DNA from: an uncultured Clostridia bacterium
Lineage (GTDB): Bacteria; Bacillota; Clostridia; TANB77; CAG-508
Length of the DNA stretch: 63,326 nt
Assembly (NCBI GenBank): GCA_947588945.1
Contig: CANPZY010000005.1
Coordinates: 1 to 63,326 of the forward strand
Direction: 5' to 3'
Program-made: the position numbers and the translations under genes
In this document: one piece after another, positions 61,981 through 63,326 of the stretch
Position numbering within the stretch: position 1 is the stretch's first letter
How the letters are laid out: every line of letters starts with the position of its first letter
The notes under the pieces: generated by a model
Told to the model about the DNA's origin: nothing
What the model saw: the letters and a program-made list of their open reading frames with translations, nothing else
Databases searched by the model: none

Positions 61981-63117
61981 ATGAGAAAAGTAAATTATAA
62001 GGAAAAAGGAATCACATTAATAGCGCTAGTAGTAACAATTATAATATTGTTAATTTTAGCAGGAGTAACACTAACAACAGCATTGAGCCAAAATGGATTA
62101 TTTCAAAGAGCAAAGATAGTAGTAGAAAAATATAAAGAAGCAGAGGCAGATGAGGCAGAAAAATTAGGAGAAGTGGAAAAGGAGCTAGATAAAATAATAG
62201 ATGGAGAAACACCACCAGATCCACCAAAAAAACCAGATCCAGTTGAGGTAACAGAAAAAAATCTAAAAGAATTTCAAGGAAAATATGTAGATATAGGGTT
62301 AGATACAAATGATAATAAAGAAGTGGATGATTGGGAAATATTTTATGTAAATGAAGGTAGAATATTTTTAATAGCTGTGGACTATGTTCCAGTATCCCAA
62401 TTAAGCACATGGGGAGTAATGAAAGCATTAAACGATACTGGGTTTCAACGATGTAGAGATGATTATGAATATAATGTAAATTGGAATATGCCTGAAACCT
62501 TTTTGGAAGAAGGCTTAGCAGATTTAAACTTGGTAAAGCATACAACCTATGACTTAAAGGACAATAGGAATAAAGTGAACTCAATAGCAGTATCACACTT
62601 ACTAAATACGACAGCATGGAATGGGGTAAAAACAGCAGCAAGTGCAGATAAACAACAATATATAGATTTTGTAATCGGAGGATCAACATTAGAGATGTGG
62701 TGTGAGGCATGGAATGTAGCTGTAGATGGAGATGAGACCCTTAAACGAATTCGTGCTGATGGTAGTGGTACGAGTGGATATTATGTGGGATGTGAAGCGA
62801 CAAACCATGAGAAAGAGGAGGAATTGTATGTAAATGGTTCGATAGATTCTGCGGTAGAATTAACTAAACTTGATAAGTACGAGACATTTTTCCCTCATAC
62901 GGCTCAATATGAAAGTTGCGACGGATATTGGTTGGCGTCTCCTTCCGCTGAAGTGAACCCTGGATGCTTGATGTACGTGAGGTTTGACGGGGGCGTTAAG
63001 TTGTATGCCACTACCAGTGGCTGGTACTTGGGTGTGCGACCGGTGGTTTCTCTAGAATCTGGAGTCAGAATTGTAAAGAGGGAAGGTGCGAATAAGATAT
63101 ACGACGTGATTATGTAG
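61981..63117 (+). CDS. pilin-like protein paralog 3 with a lectin-like C-terminal domain
   Basis: Same N-terminal 65 aa and central blocks as 19574-20707. C-terminus is DGYWLASPSAE ... YLGVRPVVSLESGVRI. Confidence 0.8.
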   Translation: MRKVNYKEKGITLIALVVTIIILLILAGVTLTTALSQNGLFQRAKIVVEKYKEAEADEAEKLGEVEKELDKIIDGETPPDPPKKPDPVEVTEKNLKEFQGKYVDIGLDTNDNKEVDDWEIFYVNEGRIFLIAVDYVPVSQLSTWGVMKALNDTGFQRCRDDYEYNVNWNMPETFLEEGLADLNLVKHTTYDLKDNRNKVNSIAVSHLLNTTAWNGVKTAASADKQQYIDFVIGGSTLEMWCEAWNVAVDGDETLKRIRADGSGTSGYYVGCEATNHEKEEELYVNGSIDSAVELTKLDKYETFFPHTAQYESCDGYWLASPSAEVNPGCLMYVRFDGGVKLYATTSGWYLGVRPVVSLESGVRIVKREGANKIYDVIM

Positions 63118-63326
63118 TATTTAGGATAGGGTTGAATGGGTGCTCCTGGGCCCCATGTCCAGTCTCGGTCCGATGTGTGAAGCTATTTTTTTATTCCATT
63201 GTAAGAGAAAATTACAAGTGAATTTAAATTTCAAGATAGTGTATTATATAGTGGTTCTTTGTCAAGTTAGTTGACATTAAAAATAATATGTGATAAAATA
63301 TCCTTCGTAGAATTACGGAGGATAAA

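Noticed and set aside
62039-62710. 223-aa antisense ORF inside pilin-like paralog 3. Similar ORFs are 19632-20024 in paralog 2 and 18448-18654 in paralog 1.
   Set aside because: It lies in the antisense frame whose stop codons correspond to sense xTT-A, xCT-A and xTC-A junctions. The sense strand uses almost exclusively A-ending, purine-rich codons here, so those junctions are rare and the frame stays open as a by-product. There is no RBS, and the translation is low-complexity and Leu-rich.

Overview
Very AT-rich (about 25-30% GC by eye) chromosomal segment from a spore-forming Firmicute, Clostridia-like (spoIVA is present). Almost all genes are on the + strand. Most of the window is housekeeping: srtB, tcdA, ireB-ruvX-efp, argS, glmM, a T-box-regulated thrS, yqeG, a prepilin peptidase, an M24 aminopeptidase, ftsEX with two M23 peptidases and an S41 protease, spoIVA, asp23-amaP, nusB-xseAB, fhs, a dCMP deaminase, and an MBOAT/DHHW O-acylation pair. 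Several features do not fit that background.

(1) Three pilin-like paralogs (17961-19151, 19574-20707, 61981-63117) share a near-identical module of about 370 nt of promoter/leader plus the first ~65 codons. All three switch mid-gene from A-ending, ~28% GC codons to an A-depleted 3' third (~50% GC by hand count in paralog 3) that encodes a lectin-like YWLASP...GVRPVVSL domain. Two of them are followed by a conserved GC-rich motif. One copy is frameshifted at a T7 run.

(2) A conserved GC-rich core of about 70-85 nt is embedded in the apex of long perfect AT-rich hairpins. There are two copies (17435-17569, 40434-40557), and the stems covary.

(3) A 1076-aa protein combines a pseudo-receiver domain, an Asn-rich disordered region, two AT-hooks and a degenerate ParA/TadZ-like ATPase. 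It is flanked by a small membrane protein and a membrane protein with a dead GGDEF domain.

(4) A truncated ThrRS paralog has lost two zinc ligands and the motif-3 arginine. It is translationally coupled to an unknown 726-aa coiled-coil protein.

(5) There are islands of foreign composition (3.3-5.8 kb and 21.1-22.6 kb), including an in-frame chimeric gene with an internal strong RBS.

No rRNA, tRNA, CRISPR array, transposase, integrase or reverse transcriptase was seen. All family assignments come from motif recognition by eye, not database searches.
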